A stretch of 64,000 nt of DNA from Candidatus Adlerbacteria bacterium (GCA_963749085.1 CAVVLG010000003.1:219380-283379); one strand, 5' to 3'; positions 1 to 10,003 are shown, counted from the stretch's first letter. Program-made: numbers and translations. The notes: generated by a model from the letters alone, not told the origin.

Positions 1-69
1 CGGGATGGGAGAATCGAACTCCCAACTACAGTTTGGAAAACTGTCATTTTACCACTAAACTAATCCCGC
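1..69 (-). tRNA. tRNA-Gly(TCC), 3' end cut by window edge
   Basis: Reverse complement GCGGGATTAGTTTAGTGGTAAAATG-ACAGT-TTTCCAA-ACTGT-AGTT-GGGAG-TTCGATT-CTCCC-ATCCCG; cloverleaf, anticodon TCC. Confidence 0.93.
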
Positions 70-94
70 CTTCGTACTCGAGTATACTTTGTAT

Positions 95-1237
95 ATGGGC
101 TTTTTCAATTCACTGCCGTACAAGTTACATACGCTTATAGCAAGCCTCATACTACTCGCACACGTGCTTGCCGGAATACTAACCGGAACTATTTTCTTTC
201 AGGCCCTCCCTCCCTCCCCAACGGCTACTTCCTCGCTTGTCGTTTCGACTCAATCGACAAGCTCAATGGTGAGCTCCCCTCACAAACCTTCAGCCACTCC
301 CCCGCCGATCGTGAAGACGGTTCCAATCTATGTGACAGCACCCCTGAGTACGTCTCAGACGCCGGTAACCCCCACAATTTCTCCTGAAGCTTTAAACACG
401 CAGACGCGTGCGGCGTTGGTAAATATCCTCTGTACCACTCAAGGAGGAGGTTATTTCGAACCTATAAGCGGCAGCGGCGTGTTCATCGATACCCGCGGCG
501 TTATCCTCACCAATGCGCATGTGGCGCAGTACTTTTTGTTGCAAAATTATCCGGACCCAAACGATATCAGCTGTGTTATTAGGACCGGCAGCCCGGCGCA
601 AGCGATGTATTATGCGCGCCTTATATACTTGCCGCCGGTATGGGTGAGCGCCAACGCAAGCCAAATAATATCCTCGGACCCTATGGGCACCGGGCAGAAC
701 GATTATGCGTTTCTCCTTGTTACTACATCCACCGACCCAAATGGTTCGCTTCCCTCTTCATTCCCTTCTGTTCCACTGACTGTGAATACTCCCAACCCGG
801 GAGACCAAGTACTTTTGGCGGCATACCCGGCGGCACTGGTTGGAGGTGAGGAAATTCAAACCAATTTGTATATAAGCTCGGCCTTTTCGCAGGTAGAGCA
901 ACTGTTTACCTTCAGCACTACCTCCTCCTCGCAGGTAGATTTGGTATCGCTTGCCCCTACAATCGTCTCCCAAAGTGGTTCCTCCGGCGGTGCGGTTGTG
1001 AATACTGATGGCGCATTGGTCGGCATTATCACAACCCAAACGACTGGCACTACTACAGCAGATAGAGAGTTACGAGCAATAACCATTTCACAGATAGACA
1101 GAAGTTTAGGTGTAGAAGGTCAAGGAGGTCTCGCAGGCTTGCTGTCTCAAAACCTAGTTGCTGAGGCCAATGCATTTGCGAACACAACTGCACTAAGCGA
1201 GGAACAGAGTCTTATTGATGTATTGCCAACGCAATAG
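95..1237 (+). CDS. Membrane-anchored trypsin-like (S1/HtrA-like, no PDZ) serine protease
   Basis: N-terminal TM, S/T/P linker, GSGVFID..ILTNAHVA (His), DYAFL (Asp), GSSGGAVVN (Ser); ATG 95 follows TATACT. Confidence 0.85.
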   Translation: MGFFNSLPYKLHTLIASLILLAHVLAGILTGTIFFQALPPSPTATSSLVVSTQSTSSMVSSPHKPSATPPPIVKTVPIYVTAPLSTSQTPVTPTISPEALNTQTRAALVNILCTTQGGGYFEPISGSGVFIDTRGVILTNAHVAQYFLLQNYPDPNDISCVIRTGSPAQAMYYARLIYLPPVWVSANASQIISSDPMGTGQNDYAFLLVTTSTDPNGSLPSSFPSVPLTVNTPNPGDQVLLAAYPAALVGGEEIQTNLYISSAFSQVEQLFTFSTTSSSQVDLVSLAPTIVSQSGSSGGAVVNTDGALVGIITTQTTGTTTADRELRAITISQIDRSLGVEGQGGLAGLLSQNLVAEANAFANTTALSEEQSLIDVLPTQ

Positions 1238-2108
1238 ATTTTTCCCCTTCCCACCGCGCGAAGATACCGCAGGGCAGGAGACGCTCACTCCCCTTTTCTT
1301 CTATCGTTAAATCCCCATATTCGAGACTTCCGCCAAATTTTTTCTGGAGAAACTTCAAATTGTATGCAAACGCGAGGGGTGAATAGCCGGCGGCATAACC
1401 ATTTATCAATAAAAATAAGGGTTTTTCGGACAATAGTTGACTACATAATTTAACCAACTCAATAAAATCCTCCTCTATCTTCCATAATTCTTTCTTAGGC
1501 CCGTGACCGAATGCCGGCGGATCCATGATGATAGCGTCATATGTGCTTCCACGTTTGATTTCACGCTTCACGAACAAAAGAGTGTCTTCGACTATCCATC
1601 GAATGGGCTTATCAGACATGCCGGAGGTCATGGCATTTTCGCGGGCCCATGCTACGGCGGTTTTTGACGCATCTACATGCGTCACCGAGGCCCCTGCCTG
1701 GGCTGCTGCCAGGGTGGCCCCGCCTGTGTAGGCAAAAAGATTGAGTATTGAGGGAGCAGAAGCCCCGTGAGAGATAATCTCCCGTACCCAGTCCCAATTG
1801 GGGAGTTGTTCGGGAAAGAGCCCCGTGTGTTTAAAGGACGTGGGTTTGATAATGAACTGCAAGCCGCCGAATTTTATCTGCCATTCTTTCGGCAAATGTT
1901 TCGCCCGCCACTCCCCTTCTCTGCCTTCCCTCACATACCTTCCATCGGCCTTCTGCCACTCAGCAGGCAGTAATCTCCTCTCCCACAGAGCCTGCGGATC
2001 GGGACGAGCGAGGGTATATGTACCATACCTCTCAAGCTTTTCTTCCCCACCAGAGTCAAGAAGTTCGTAGTCCATAGAGGACTTGGTGCTAAGGGTAATT
2101 CTTTCCAT
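1212..2108 (-). CDS. Class I SAM-dependent methyltransferase (RlmI/RlmK-like family)
   Basis: LNLFAYTGG motif I, HVDAS, IIMDPPAFG motif IV. Confidence 0.85.
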   Translation of the reverse strand: MERITLSTKSSMDYELLDSGGEEKLERYGTYTLARPDPQALWERRLLPAEWQKADGRYVREGREGEWRAKHLPKEWQIKFGGLQFIIKPTSFKHTGLFPEQLPNWDWVREIISHGASAPSILNLFAYTGGATLAAAQAGASVTHVDASKTAVAWARENAMTSGMSDKPIRWIVEDTLLFVKREIKRGSTYDAIIMDPPAFGHGPKKELWKIEEDFIELVKLCSQLLSEKPLFLLINGYAAGYSPLAFAYNLKFLQKKFGGSLEYGDLTIEEKGSERLLPCGIFARWEGEKSIALAIHQ

Positions 2109-2122
2109 ATTATTTATTATGT

Positions 2123-2196
2123 TGGTCGGGCCGCCCAGAATCGGACTGGGTCATCTTGCTCCCAAAGCAAGCGTACTACCGGTATACGACGGCCCG
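2123..2196 (-). tRNA. tRNA-Pro(TGG), CCA encoded
   Basis: CGGGCCG...CTTGC-TTTGGGA-GCAAG...CCCAG-TCCGATT-CTGGG-CGGCCCG-A-CCA. Confidence 0.9.
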
Positions 2197-2287
2197 CGAA
2201 CAAAGCCACTTTATCATGCGACCTTACTGCGTCCTATAGATACTATTGTCAGATATGTCAGATATCGCCTTCAAGGTCTACTTCTCT

Positions 2288-2328
2288 TGGTTCACGTGAA
2301 AACATGGCTAAAAGCTTCACGTGAAACT
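2288..2328. promoter_or_regulatory. Two parS-like sites
   Basis: TGGTTCACGTGAAAAC (2288-2303) and AGCTTCACGTGAAACT (2313-2328), each 13/16 to TGTTNCACGTGAAACA. Confidence 0.7.
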
Positions 2329-2432
2329 CTACTCATAGATAAAAAACAATGAGACAATAGACTTTCTGGCTCTTTCTACTTCAATCTGTCAGTATCTTTA
2401 ATGTCACCTTAGAAACATAAAGGACATGTCCT

Positions 2433-2461
2433 TTATCCACATTTCCCCAGAGTTATCCACA
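2433..2461 (+). promoter_or_regulatory. Two perfect DnaA boxes
   Basis: TTATCCACA at 2433-2441 and 2453-2461; a third at 4200-4208. Confidence 0.65.
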
Positions 2462-2489
2462 AAAACTGTCCTTAAAACCTCCATTTCTG

Positions 2490-2560
2490 TGCGGATAGGG
2501 GGAATCGAACCCCCACCTCGTCCTTGGCAAGGACGCGTCCTACCATTAAACAATATCCGC
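2490..2560 (-). tRNA. tRNA-Gly(GCC)
   Basis: GCGGATA...CGTCC-TTGCCAA-GGACG...GGGGG-TTCGATT-CCCCC-TATCCGC-A; CCA not encoded. Confidence 0.93.
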
Positions 2561-2593
2561 TTTTTAAACTTGGGCCACTATAACACAATCGGG

Positions 2594-2665
2594 TGCGCCC
2601 GGCAGGATTCGAACCCACAACAACTGCTTCGAAGGCAGTGATGATATCCATTTCACCACGGGCGC
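2594..2665 (-). tRNA. tRNA-Arg(TCG)
   Basis: GCGCCCG...ACTGC-CTTCGAA-GCAGT...GTGGG-TTCGAAT-CCTGC-CGGGCGC-A. Confidence 0.9.
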
Positions 2666-2702
2666 CTGCGCCTAGGGAGGCCGAGCATGCTAGAATTGTG
2701 CC

Positions 2703-4178
2703 ATGAATTTAAGGCCTGAACAAATTCCTCAGGAGGTCCTACATATCACCCAGATGCTTCAAAAAAAAGGTTACGAGGCATGGATAGTGGGCGGATGTGT
2801 AAGGGATCTGCTCTTAGGCCGGGTGCCCAAAGATTGGGATGTAACTACTAACGCCACGCCTGAAGAGATACAGGGTATGTTTGAAAATACCTTCTATACC
2901 AACGAATATGGAACCGTGGGAGTAGTAACTGAAGGTGCGACCGATAAGACACTTAAGGTAGTAGAGGTCACGCCGTACCGAATAGAAGGGAAGTACACTG
3001 ATGCAAGGCGTCCAGATAGCCTTATTTTTAGCCATAAAATAGAGGATGACCTTAAAAGACGCGATTTCACCATAAACGCAATGTCCTTTAATCCCGCCAA
3101 TGGTAAGCTTCTTGACCTTTATGACGGTCTAAAGGACATCAAGTCAGGCGTCATCCGCGCAGTGGGGAACCCCCAGGAGCGATTTTCAGAGGATGCACTG
3201 CGTATTTTGAGGGCAATACGCATAGCGGCGGAGCTCAATTTCTCCATAGAAGAAGAGACTAAACGGGCAATAGCTAAAAATGCGTTGCAATTGGAGAAGA
3301 TCTCCAAAGAGCGTATCCGCGATGAGTTCGTAAGGATAATTAACTCTCCCAAACCCATGAAGGCGCTCACCCTGGCGCACGAGCTTGGGCTTCTGAAGGA
3401 CATATCTTCAGAGCTTGAGCAGGGCATAGGGGTGGAACAAAATCAGGCCCACTCCTACGATGTCTTTGAGCATAATATGCGCTCCCTGCAGCATGCCGCG
3501 GACAAGGATTGGGATTTCCCTGTCCGTCTGGCGGCCCTTTTTCATGATGTAGGCAAACCAAAAGCCCGCCGGTGGTCGGAGGAGAAGAAGGATTGGACAT
3601 TTCACGGCCACGAGGTCGTGGGGGCGAAAATCACACAAAAAGTGCTTGAAAAGCTAAAATTTCCACGTGAAACGATAGACCAAGTAACCTCATTAGTCCG
3701 CTGGCACATGTTCTTTAGTGACCCAGATAAGGTCACTCTTTCTGCCGTGCGTCGCATTATCGTCAATGTAGGGAAGGAGAACATAGAGGACCTCATACGA
3801 TTGCGTATTTGCGATCGCATAGGGACGGGGAGACCGAAGGAGCAGCCGTTCCGCCTACGGAAGTATCATTCGATGATAGAACAGGCGCTCAGAGACCCTA
3901 TCTCTGTTTCAATGCTCTCCATAAATGGCAGGCGTCTGATGGACGTTACACGTGAAAGTCCCGGGCCACGCCTGGGTTGGATGCTTCATGCACTACTTGA
4001 AGAGGTTTTGGATGACCCTGCAAAAAATTCGAGCGATTATCTAGAGCAAAAATCGAAAGAACTTTCCAAATTGTCCGATGCTGAACTTAAGAAAATAGGG
4101 GAGGAGGGAAAGGAACGCAAGAGTGAAGCTGAGGAAGACAGCATAAAGGAGATACGTAAAAAACACTATGTGGAATAA
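2703..4178 (+). CDS. cca: CCA tRNA nucleotidyltransferase / poly(A) polymerase family with HD domain
   Basis: VGGCVRDLLLG..DWDVTT, DLKRRDFTINAM, EDALRILRAIR, LFHDVGK. Confidence 0.9.
   Translation: MNLRPEQIPQEVLHITQMLQKKGYEAWIVGGCVRDLLLGRVPKDWDVTTNATPEEIQGMFENTFYTNEYGTVGVVTEGATDKTLKVVEVTPYRIEGKYTDARRPDSLIFSHKIEDDLKRRDFTINAMSFNPANGKLLDLYDGLKDIKSGVIRAVGNPQERFSEDALRILRAIRIAAELNFSIEEETKRAIAKNALQLEKISKERIRDEFVRIINSPKPMKALTLAHELGLLKDISSELEQGIGVEQNQAHSYDVFEHNMRSLQHAADKDWDFPVRLAALFHDVGKPKARRWSEEKKDWTFHGHEVVGAKITQKVLEKLKFPRETIDQVTSLVRWHMFFSDPDKVTLSAVRRIIVNVGKENIEDLIRLRICDRIGTGRPKEQPFRLRKYHSMIEQALRDPISVSMLSINGRRLMDVTRESPGPRLGWMLHALLEEVLDDPAKNSSDYLEQKSKELSKLSDAELKKIGEEGKERKSEAEEDSIKEIRKKHYVE
3659..3959. 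promoter_or_regulatory. Two further parS-like sites inside cca
   Basis: ATTTCCACGTGAAACG (3659-3674) and CGTTACACGTGAAAGT (3944-3959), 13/16 each. Confidence 0.55.
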
Positions 4179-4463
4179 GGATTATTTGGATTGTGTCCTT
4201 TATCCACAGTTATTGTCCTTTACAATGTCTTTTATATCCGTATAGTTACTGCAGACTAGTTGTTTACTAAATCATTCTGCCCTGTATGAATTGGTAGCAG
4301 CACCTGTTCTTTGTGTGCGCTGCAGCATTAGGGTCATATCATTAATTCATTGTCACCCGGACATTGGTGTGGAAATCTCTCAATTTGCTCTAAATTTTTG
4401 GATTAAAACACACTTAAAATATCTGGCAGAACCAAAAGGTTCCTAGTTGATGATATTCCGACC

Positions 4464-4494
4464 CAAACCCCGATCACTCTTGGTCGGGGTTTTG
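4464..4494. terminator. Hairpin terminator downstream of xth
   Basis: CAAACCCCGATCA-ctct-TGGTCGGGGTTTTG. Confidence 0.7.
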
Positions 4495-4496
4495 TA

Positions 4497-5306
4497 TTAC
4501 TTGAGTTCCAATACCACTGGGCAGTGGTCAGAGCCCATAACCTTTGGGAGGATCGTAGCCGATTTGAGGCGAGAAAGGAGCGTTTTGGAGACGAAAAAAT
4601 AGTCAATACGCCAGCCGACGTTTCGGGCTCTGGCATTGGCGAAGTGTGTCCACCAGGTGTAGTGACCGTTGCCCTTAGGGGTGAAGCGGCGGAAGGTGTC
4701 TATAAAGCCCGCAGCAATTATCTTATCTATACCCTCGCGTTCTTCCTTGGTAAACCCATGCTCGCCTTCGTTTTGCTTGGGGTTGGCGAGATCCTCGTAC
4801 GTATGGGCAACATTGAGGTCGCCACAAAAAATAACCGGTTTCTTCTTCTCTAGTTGTTTCATATACGCCAAAAAAGCCGGGTCCCATCTCTTATGGCGAA
4901 AGGAGAGGCGGGCCAAATCGGGTTTGGCGTTTGGGGTATAGCAATCTACCACGTAAAAATCATCGAGTTCGATCGCAAGAACACGGCCTTCGGCGTTGGC
5001 ATCGCCGAAGCTGTCGGAAAGGTCAAATTTTTTGCAAATATTCTCAGGCAAGCCTAGTAAAAGCTTGTGAACTTTAGGTTTGAGGATGGTTTTAACGAAT
5101 ATAGCTGTACCCGCATAGCCCTTTTTACGCGTTGACGAATTCCAATATTCCTCATACTCCTTCAAATCGATAACCGCTTGCCCTTTTTCGGCTTTGGTTT
5201 CCTGCAAACACAGAATATCTGGCTTGTAGTGCTGAATGAATGGCAGAAAAAGATCTTTGTTATGCACTCCCCGTATACCGTTGACGTTCCAGGAGATCAG
5301 CTTCAT
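4497..5306 (-). CDS. xth: Exodeoxyribonuclease III / AP endonuclease
   Basis: MKLISWNVNGIR, CLQETK, GDLNVAH, GWRIDYF, GSDHCP; true start at 5306 rather than ORF-track 5447. Confidence 0.95.
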   Translation of the reverse strand: MKLISWNVNGIRGVHNKDLFLPFIQHYKPDILCLQETKAEKGQAVIDLKEYEEYWNSSTRKKGYAGTAIFVKTILKPKVHKLLLGLPENICKKFDLSDSFGDANAEGRVLAIELDDFYVVDCYTPNAKPDLARLSFRHKRWDPAFLAYMKQLEKKKPVIFCGDLNVAHTYEDLANPKQNEGEHGFTKEEREGIDKIIAAGFIDTFRRFTPKGNGHYTWWTHFANARARNVGWRIDYFFVSKTLLSRLKSATILPKVMGSDHCPVVLELK

Positions 5307-5385
5307 TTTTTCAGGATAACATAACGCGCCAAAATGCCGATTTTTAGCGCATACTGCTATTGGGAGGGTTTTAGGAGGGACCCCT

Positions 5386-5580
5386 ATGAACAAAAAACCC
5401 GACTTGCGCCTAGTGAAGGGAGAGGAGGGGCAGCCCGGAGAGCCCACACCTGCAGCGCAGGAGGAGCCTGAGTACGGCAGCTATGCCTATTTTCTCATCC
5501 TTACGAACGGGGACCGGAAAGCGGCAGAGGAAGCCTATGCGGAGTTTCTCCAGTGGGACGTTCCACAACCCTATCAATAA
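5386..5580 (+). CDS. Small hypothetical protein
   Basis: AGGAGG upstream of ATG, hairpin GACGCGGTTCATA/TGTGAATCGCGTC-TTTTT downstream. Confidence 0.55.
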   Translation: MNKKPDLRLVKGEEGQPGEPTPAAQEEPEYGSYAYFLILTNGDRKAAEEAYAEFLQWDVPQPYQ

Positions 5581-5616
5581 GGCTGACGCGGTTCATAGGT
5601 TGTGAATCGCGTCTTT

Positions 5617-6546
5617 TTATTTCCTTCTCTTGCCGTGGAAGTTTTTGTGAACCTCTCTCAAATGTTTGTCGGTAATGTGGGTATAGACCTGTGTGGTTGA
5701 GATATTTGAGTGTCCTAACAATGCTTGCACGGAGCGCAAATCGGCACCGTTCTCAAGCAAGTCGGTGGCGAAGGAATGACGGATAACATGTGGTGTAACT
5801 TTGCGCGTGATGCCAGCTTTGGTGGCGTAGTGCTTAACGATACGCTCGACTGAGCGGGGCGTGAGCCGCCGATCCTTAGAATTTTTTGCGTTCTTGCCCA
5901 TTTGCACGAATAACGCGTCATCGATATCACCGCGCTTATCCAAATATTCTTTTGTGGCCTTTTTGGCGGTGGGGGAGAGAAAGACGACACGAACCTTCTC
6001 GCCCTTACCGCGGATGGAAAATTCATCCCTAGAAAGGTCAATGTCACGGTCGAGCGAGCAGAGCTCGGAGACCCGTAAACCAGTACTAAATAGAAGTTCC
6101 ATAATCGCCTTGTCGCGCAACGAAGCGAGAGCGGTGTTTTTGTCTTTGCTGCTTGAAGTTGCATTTGGTCCATCCATGAGTCGCCCGAGTTCATTGCTCG
6201 AAATAAGGTCAAGATCCCGCGCGCCAACTTTGGCGAGCTCTATTCTTTCGGGGTTAAGCGACTCAATCCCTCGTTTGCGCATATATTTGAGGAATGCGCG
6301 CAGTGCAATGAGGTAATAATTCTGGGTTTTGTGCTTCATAGTGCCCGCCACACCCTCTTGGCGGTTGAGATGCAGGCGAAACTCGCGTATGAGGTTTTCC
6401 GTGAGCTTCCCCGGCGAATTTATTTTTGCGTATGCGAAAAATCGAGTGAGATAGCGGTCATAGTTCTCGACCGTCTTTACACTGCGGCCTTTTTCTATCT
6501 CCAAATATTCCAAAAACTGGGTCTTGAGTTCTTTTAGATCCACCAC
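5617..6546 (-). CDS. Tyrosine recombinase, XerC/XerD family
   Basis: STGLRVSEL, IRGKGEKVR, TPHVIRHSFATDLL, LLGHSNISTTQVYTH; start approximate. Confidence 0.9.
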   Translation of the reverse strand: MVDLKELKTQFLEYLEIEKGRSVKTVENYDRYLTRFFAYAKINSPGKLTENLIREFRLHLNRQEGVAGTMKHKTQNYYLIALRAFLKYMRKRGIESLNPERIELAKVGARDLDLISSNELGRLMDGPNATSSSKDKNTALASLRDKAIMELLFSTGLRVSELCSLDRDIDLSRDEFSIRGKGEKVRVVFLSPTAKKATKEYLDKRGDIDDALFVQMGKNAKNSKDRRLTPRSVERIVKHYATKAGITRKVTPHVIRHSFATDLLENGADLRSVQALLGHSNISTTQVYTHITDKHLREVHKNFHGKRRK

Positions 6547-6739
6547 ACTCCAAGTGTCGCACAATTTTATTTTGACCGCTATACGCAAAAAATACCGGCA
6601 GACAAAATAGGTCCTGCTTAGACACGCCGCACAAAGGAGCTCGTAATCTACTCAGGGGATTGGAAGTGACATATCGAGCTATACAGCTCTGCGGATAAGC
6701 AGGCTAATACATTTCCCTACCGAGTCTAGAACCCTACGG

Positions 6740-8323
6740 TTATTGGGAGTATACCCATTCACCCCGCTGACAGTGGAGCGCTGTTGTGCTCCCATTATCC
6801 ACAAAGTTAAGAAAACCACCGTTTGATGTAGTAGCGCCATTGCCCTGAACAACGACCCCAAATGGTAAGGTTGGCGTGGCACAACTCCCACTCCCCGTGG
6901 TAGTGGCCGAGGATGGCCAGGTGGACTGCATCGGCACTGTCATTGAAGATACCCATGACGGCATTCCTGACGGCATTCCTGACGGCATTCCTGACGGCAT
7001 TCCTGACGGCATTCCTGACGGCATTCCTGACGGCATTCCTGACGGCATTCCTGACGGCATTCCTGACGGCATTCCTGACGGCATTCCTGACGGCATTCCT
7101 GACGGCATTCCTGACGCAGGAATAGGAGTGGAAACGGTTGAAGATGCCATCTTCCACGTGCCAGCATTGCAGACAGGAGTCGGCCAGTTCGTACTCTGGG
7201 TTGTCGAGCCGTTGGTAAAGTACGGCTGGAAAGATACGCTTCCACCATTTGGTATCTGGATATTGCCCCAAGGCGTCGTGCACATATCACTCGAAGAGGG
7301 GATACTAGCGCCAGTGAACCACTGAGAAAACGAGTGACGTGTTCTGGGTCCGAAGACACCCAGACCGGTCGTGGTGGCGCTTCCACCAGAGACAATACCG
7401 TTCGCTATTTGCCAGCGGCCCACCGCAGCCGCAGTAAGCGGGCCAAAATAGCCGGTCACCAATCCCTGGGGGTATATGTTTGTGTCTTGGGAAAGCGCCT
7501 CTTGCAGACACGACACATCTGGACCAGTCGAACCTATCGACAACGAAGTCGTGAAGTCACAGGAGATAGTGGAAGTGACGGTGCTGGTAGTTATCGGAAC
7601 AGTAGTTATACCCGTCGCATTGATCGTAAGTGTCTCAGAGCCAGAGACACCACTACCGTCATTGGCGGTTGCGGTGATAGTGACCTGGCCTGCCGCAACG
7701 CCGGAAACCAGGCCATTGCTGTCGACGGTCGCCACAGAGGTGCTGCTCGAGCTCCACGTCACGGTATTGTTTGTGGCATCGTCAGGCAAAACAGTTGCTG
7801 TGAACTGATCGGTGTCGCCAACAGTAAGGGTGCCGCTGTCGGCAGCGGTGACGGTGATGCTGGTGACCGCAATGTCGGGCGCCGCAATGATGGTGGAACC
7901 GGTGGTGGAGGGCGGCTCTACGACGATGATGCCGGAGCATGAGGCAGAGCCAGCGGAATTGGTGACGCTCAGATTAACGGTGACGGTCTGGTTAGTGCTA
8001 TCGGTGTTTGTAAACGTGCCGGTGGTAGCAGTGCCAGAGGAGGAGGGGGTGAAGCTGGAGTCGTCTGGGCCTGAGCTTTCGCTCACGCCCGAAGGCAGCG
8101 TGTAGGTAAGCGCGGCGCTGGTTGGAGCATTCGTGGTGGTATAGGTGACGGTGGCCGAGGAGCCACTGGTAGTTGGCGAAGAAATGGAGGGGATGGAACA
8201 AGACGGAGAAGAAGGGGAAGTATAGTTAACCGACTGTGCTTGTACGAGTAGGGGAGCAAAACCGCACAAAAGAACGAGCACACCAATAATACTAAAGGCG
8301 ATCGAAAAATTAGTTTTCTTCAT
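6740..8323 (-). CDS. Secreted S/T-rich surface protein with Big_2 Ig-like domain, peptidoglycan-binding domain and (GMPS)n repeat
   Basis: Signal peptide ending VQA; [20 protein letters not shown] (Big_2); [27 protein letters not shown] (PG_binding_1). Confidence 0.8.
   Translation of the reverse strand: MKKTNFSIAFSIIGVLVLLCGFAPLLVQAQSVNYTSPSSPSCSIPSISSPTTSGSSATVTYTTTNAPTSAALTYTLPSGVSESSGPDDSSFTPSSSGTATTGTFTNTDSTNQTVTVNLSVTNSAGSASCSGIIVVEPPSTTGSTIIAAPDIAVTSITVTAADSGTLTVGDTDQFTATVLPDDATNNTVTWSSSSTSVATVDSNGLVSGVAAGQVTITATANDGSGVSGSETLTINATGITTVPITTSTVTSTISCDFTTSLSIGSTGPDVSCLQEALSQDTNIYPQGLVTGYFGPLTAAAVGRWQIANGIVSGGSATTTGLGVFGPRTRHSFSQWFTGASIPSSSDMCTTPWGNIQIPNGGSVSFQPYFTNGSTTQSTNWPTPVCNAGTWKMASSTVSTPIPASGMPSGMPSGMPSGMPSGMPSGMPSGMPSGMPSGMPSGMPSGMPSGMPSGMPSWVSSMTVPMQSTWPSSATTTGSGSCATPTLPFGVVVQGNGATTSNGGFLNFVDNGSTTALHCQRGEWVYSQ
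6956..7116. repeat. Perfect 12-bp tandem repeat, 13 copies
   Basis: (GCATTCCTGACG)x13 at 6961-7116, in frame in the minus-strand CDS. Confidence 0.97.
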
Positions 8324-8441
8324 GATTTTAGTATAAAACATCCTCTTCGGGAGAAAAAGAAGTTATGCACATTTATGAAATTGGACTTGCTACCCATGCC
8401 TGCCCTTGCGGAACATATCGAGATGTGCTACCATACTGCCT

Positions 8442-8708
8442 ATGCTGACCAAGCGAAAGAAAGAAAAGATAATCAAGGCATCCGGCATCCATGAAAAGGA
8501 TACCGGCTCTCCCGAGGTTCAAATCTCCCTTTTATCGAAGCAAATAGACGAACTTGCGTCACATTTGAAGAAACATCTGAAGGATAAGCATTCGCGCCGC
8601 GGCCTTTTGCAGATGGTCGCCGATCGCCGCACGCATTTGAAATACCTCGAGGGCAAAGACAAGAAGCGCTACAACGCTATCGTCAAAAAGCTTGATTTGA
8701 AGAGATAA
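8442..8708 (+). CDS. rpsO: 30S ribosomal protein S15
   Basis: DTGSPEVQISLL..HLKDKHSRRGLLQMV. Confidence 0.97.
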   Translation: MLTKRKKEKIIKASGIHEKDTGSPEVQISLLSKQIDELASHLKKHLKDKHSRRGLLQMVADRRTHLKYLEGKDKKRYNAIVKKLDLKR

Positions 8709-8806
8709 ACGAACCTTGGTTCACTCTTTTTTCGTATATACTTAGGTAAGGTCTATTTTGTTTGCGGTCAGCAGTTCCATTTTAAAAAGTTAATTGTTCA
8801 TTTTTT

Positions 8807-9448
8807 ATGGCTATCATAAAACATAAGAGCCAGCGTGTCGGCATTTTTATAGACACGCAAAATCTCTATCACAGCGCCAAGAATCTCTACAAAGCAAAGG
8901 TAAATTTCGGCCAGGTGGTCAAAGAAGCGCTCGCCGGCCGCGTCCTTATCCGCGCGGTCGCCTACGTCATACGCACCGAGTCCGAGGAGGAGAAGGGCTT
9001 TTTTGAAGCGCTTAACAAGCTCGGGATCGAAACCAAGGTCAAAGATATCCGCATTTTCGCCGGCGGAGCAAAAAAGGCTGACTGGGACATCGGCATGGCT
9101 ATAGACGCTATCGCCATGGCGCAGAAACTCGACACTATCATACTCGCGACCGGTGATGGTGATTTTGTGCCGCTTGTCGAATACTTGCGCTACACGCATG
9201 GTGTCCAGGTGGAAGTCATCTCCTTCGGTAAATCATCCTCGGGTCAGCTCAAAGAAGTAGTGGATGACTTTATCGACATGTGTGAAAATCCCCGCAACTT
9301 CCTGCTCGGCTACCGAGGAGGCCCTGGGCGCGGTTGGATACCAGGCTTCTCTTCGTCCAATGAGCACCAGGATGAGAGCACTGACAACCAGCCACTCTAC
9401 AAAGAAGATGGCGGGGAAGATCCGGCAATTTCGATGTCAGGGGAATAA
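8807..9448 (+). CDS. NYN (LabA/DUF88) domain protein
   Basis: IFIDTQNLY, KADWDIGMAID, LATGDGDFVPLV. Confidence 0.9.
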   Translation: MAIIKHKSQRVGIFIDTQNLYHSAKNLYKAKVNFGQVVKEALAGRVLIRAVAYVIRTESEEEKGFFEALNKLGIETKVKDIRIFAGGAKKADWDIGMAIDAIAMAQKLDTIILATGDGDFVPLVEYLRYTHGVQVEVISFGKSSSGQLKEVVDDFIDMCENPRNFLLGYRGGPGRGWIPGFSSSNEHQDESTDNQPLYKEDGGEDPAISMSGE

Positions 9449-9568
9449 GCCAGAGTTCACATCTGCGTGGCAGACATAAGTCCTTTTTGCTATGCTCACT
9501 CCAGAGGTTTCAAAGAGGGAGGCGGCTATGGAGCGGAACTACTTTCAGGTTTGTGTTGGCGTGCGCCT

Positions 9569-9853
9569 ATGAGCAAGAGGTCGTGTGACTACTGCAGCAA
9601 GACCCGCGAGGGCGGACTACACGATCCAGATAAACCGCACGACGCGTATTGTTTGAGCGCGGTACGGATCGAAGTTATCTCATTCTGGCGTGCAGGGTGG
9701 ACAGGCAGTCCTTTCTCCGGCAGTACCGAAGAGGCGCAGGACGCATGGCAGAAGGGTGTACTGGCCCAGCGAAAAAAAACGGAGCAATTCTTCGTCGACG
9801 CAAGCACGGAGCAATCCGTGAATCGTTTAATCGAAATAGCACGCGCCCCCTAG
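9569..9853 (+). CDS. Hypothetical protein with CxxC..HxxxC
   Basis: ORF between NYN gene and pnp, followed by a GC hairpin plus T-run near 9857-9891; start uncertain. Confidence 0.45.
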   Translation: MSKRSCDYCSKTREGGLHDPDKPHDAYCLSAVRIEVISFWRAGWTGSPFSGSTEEAQDAWQKGVLAQRKKTEQFFVDASTEQSVNRLIEIARAP

Positions 9854-10003
9854 AGGCTGCCCCGTTGGTCTTACCACCGGGGCTTTTATTTTCCGAATGT
9901 TTGTCGTACAGTGGAGCTGTTCTTCATTATTAGTGACTGCCCTTGGATAGGTAGGCCTGCAAACTTTCGTTTGTGACCTAAAATCTGGGGGCACAATTCC
10001 CAC

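Noticed and set aside
5617-6546. Tyrosine recombinase as an island integrase
   Set aside because: XerC/D-like size and motifs, housekeeping neighbourhood, no att repeats seen
6956-7116. Possible CRISPR array
   Set aside because: Contiguous 12-bp units with no spacers, in frame inside a CDS; no cas genes in the window
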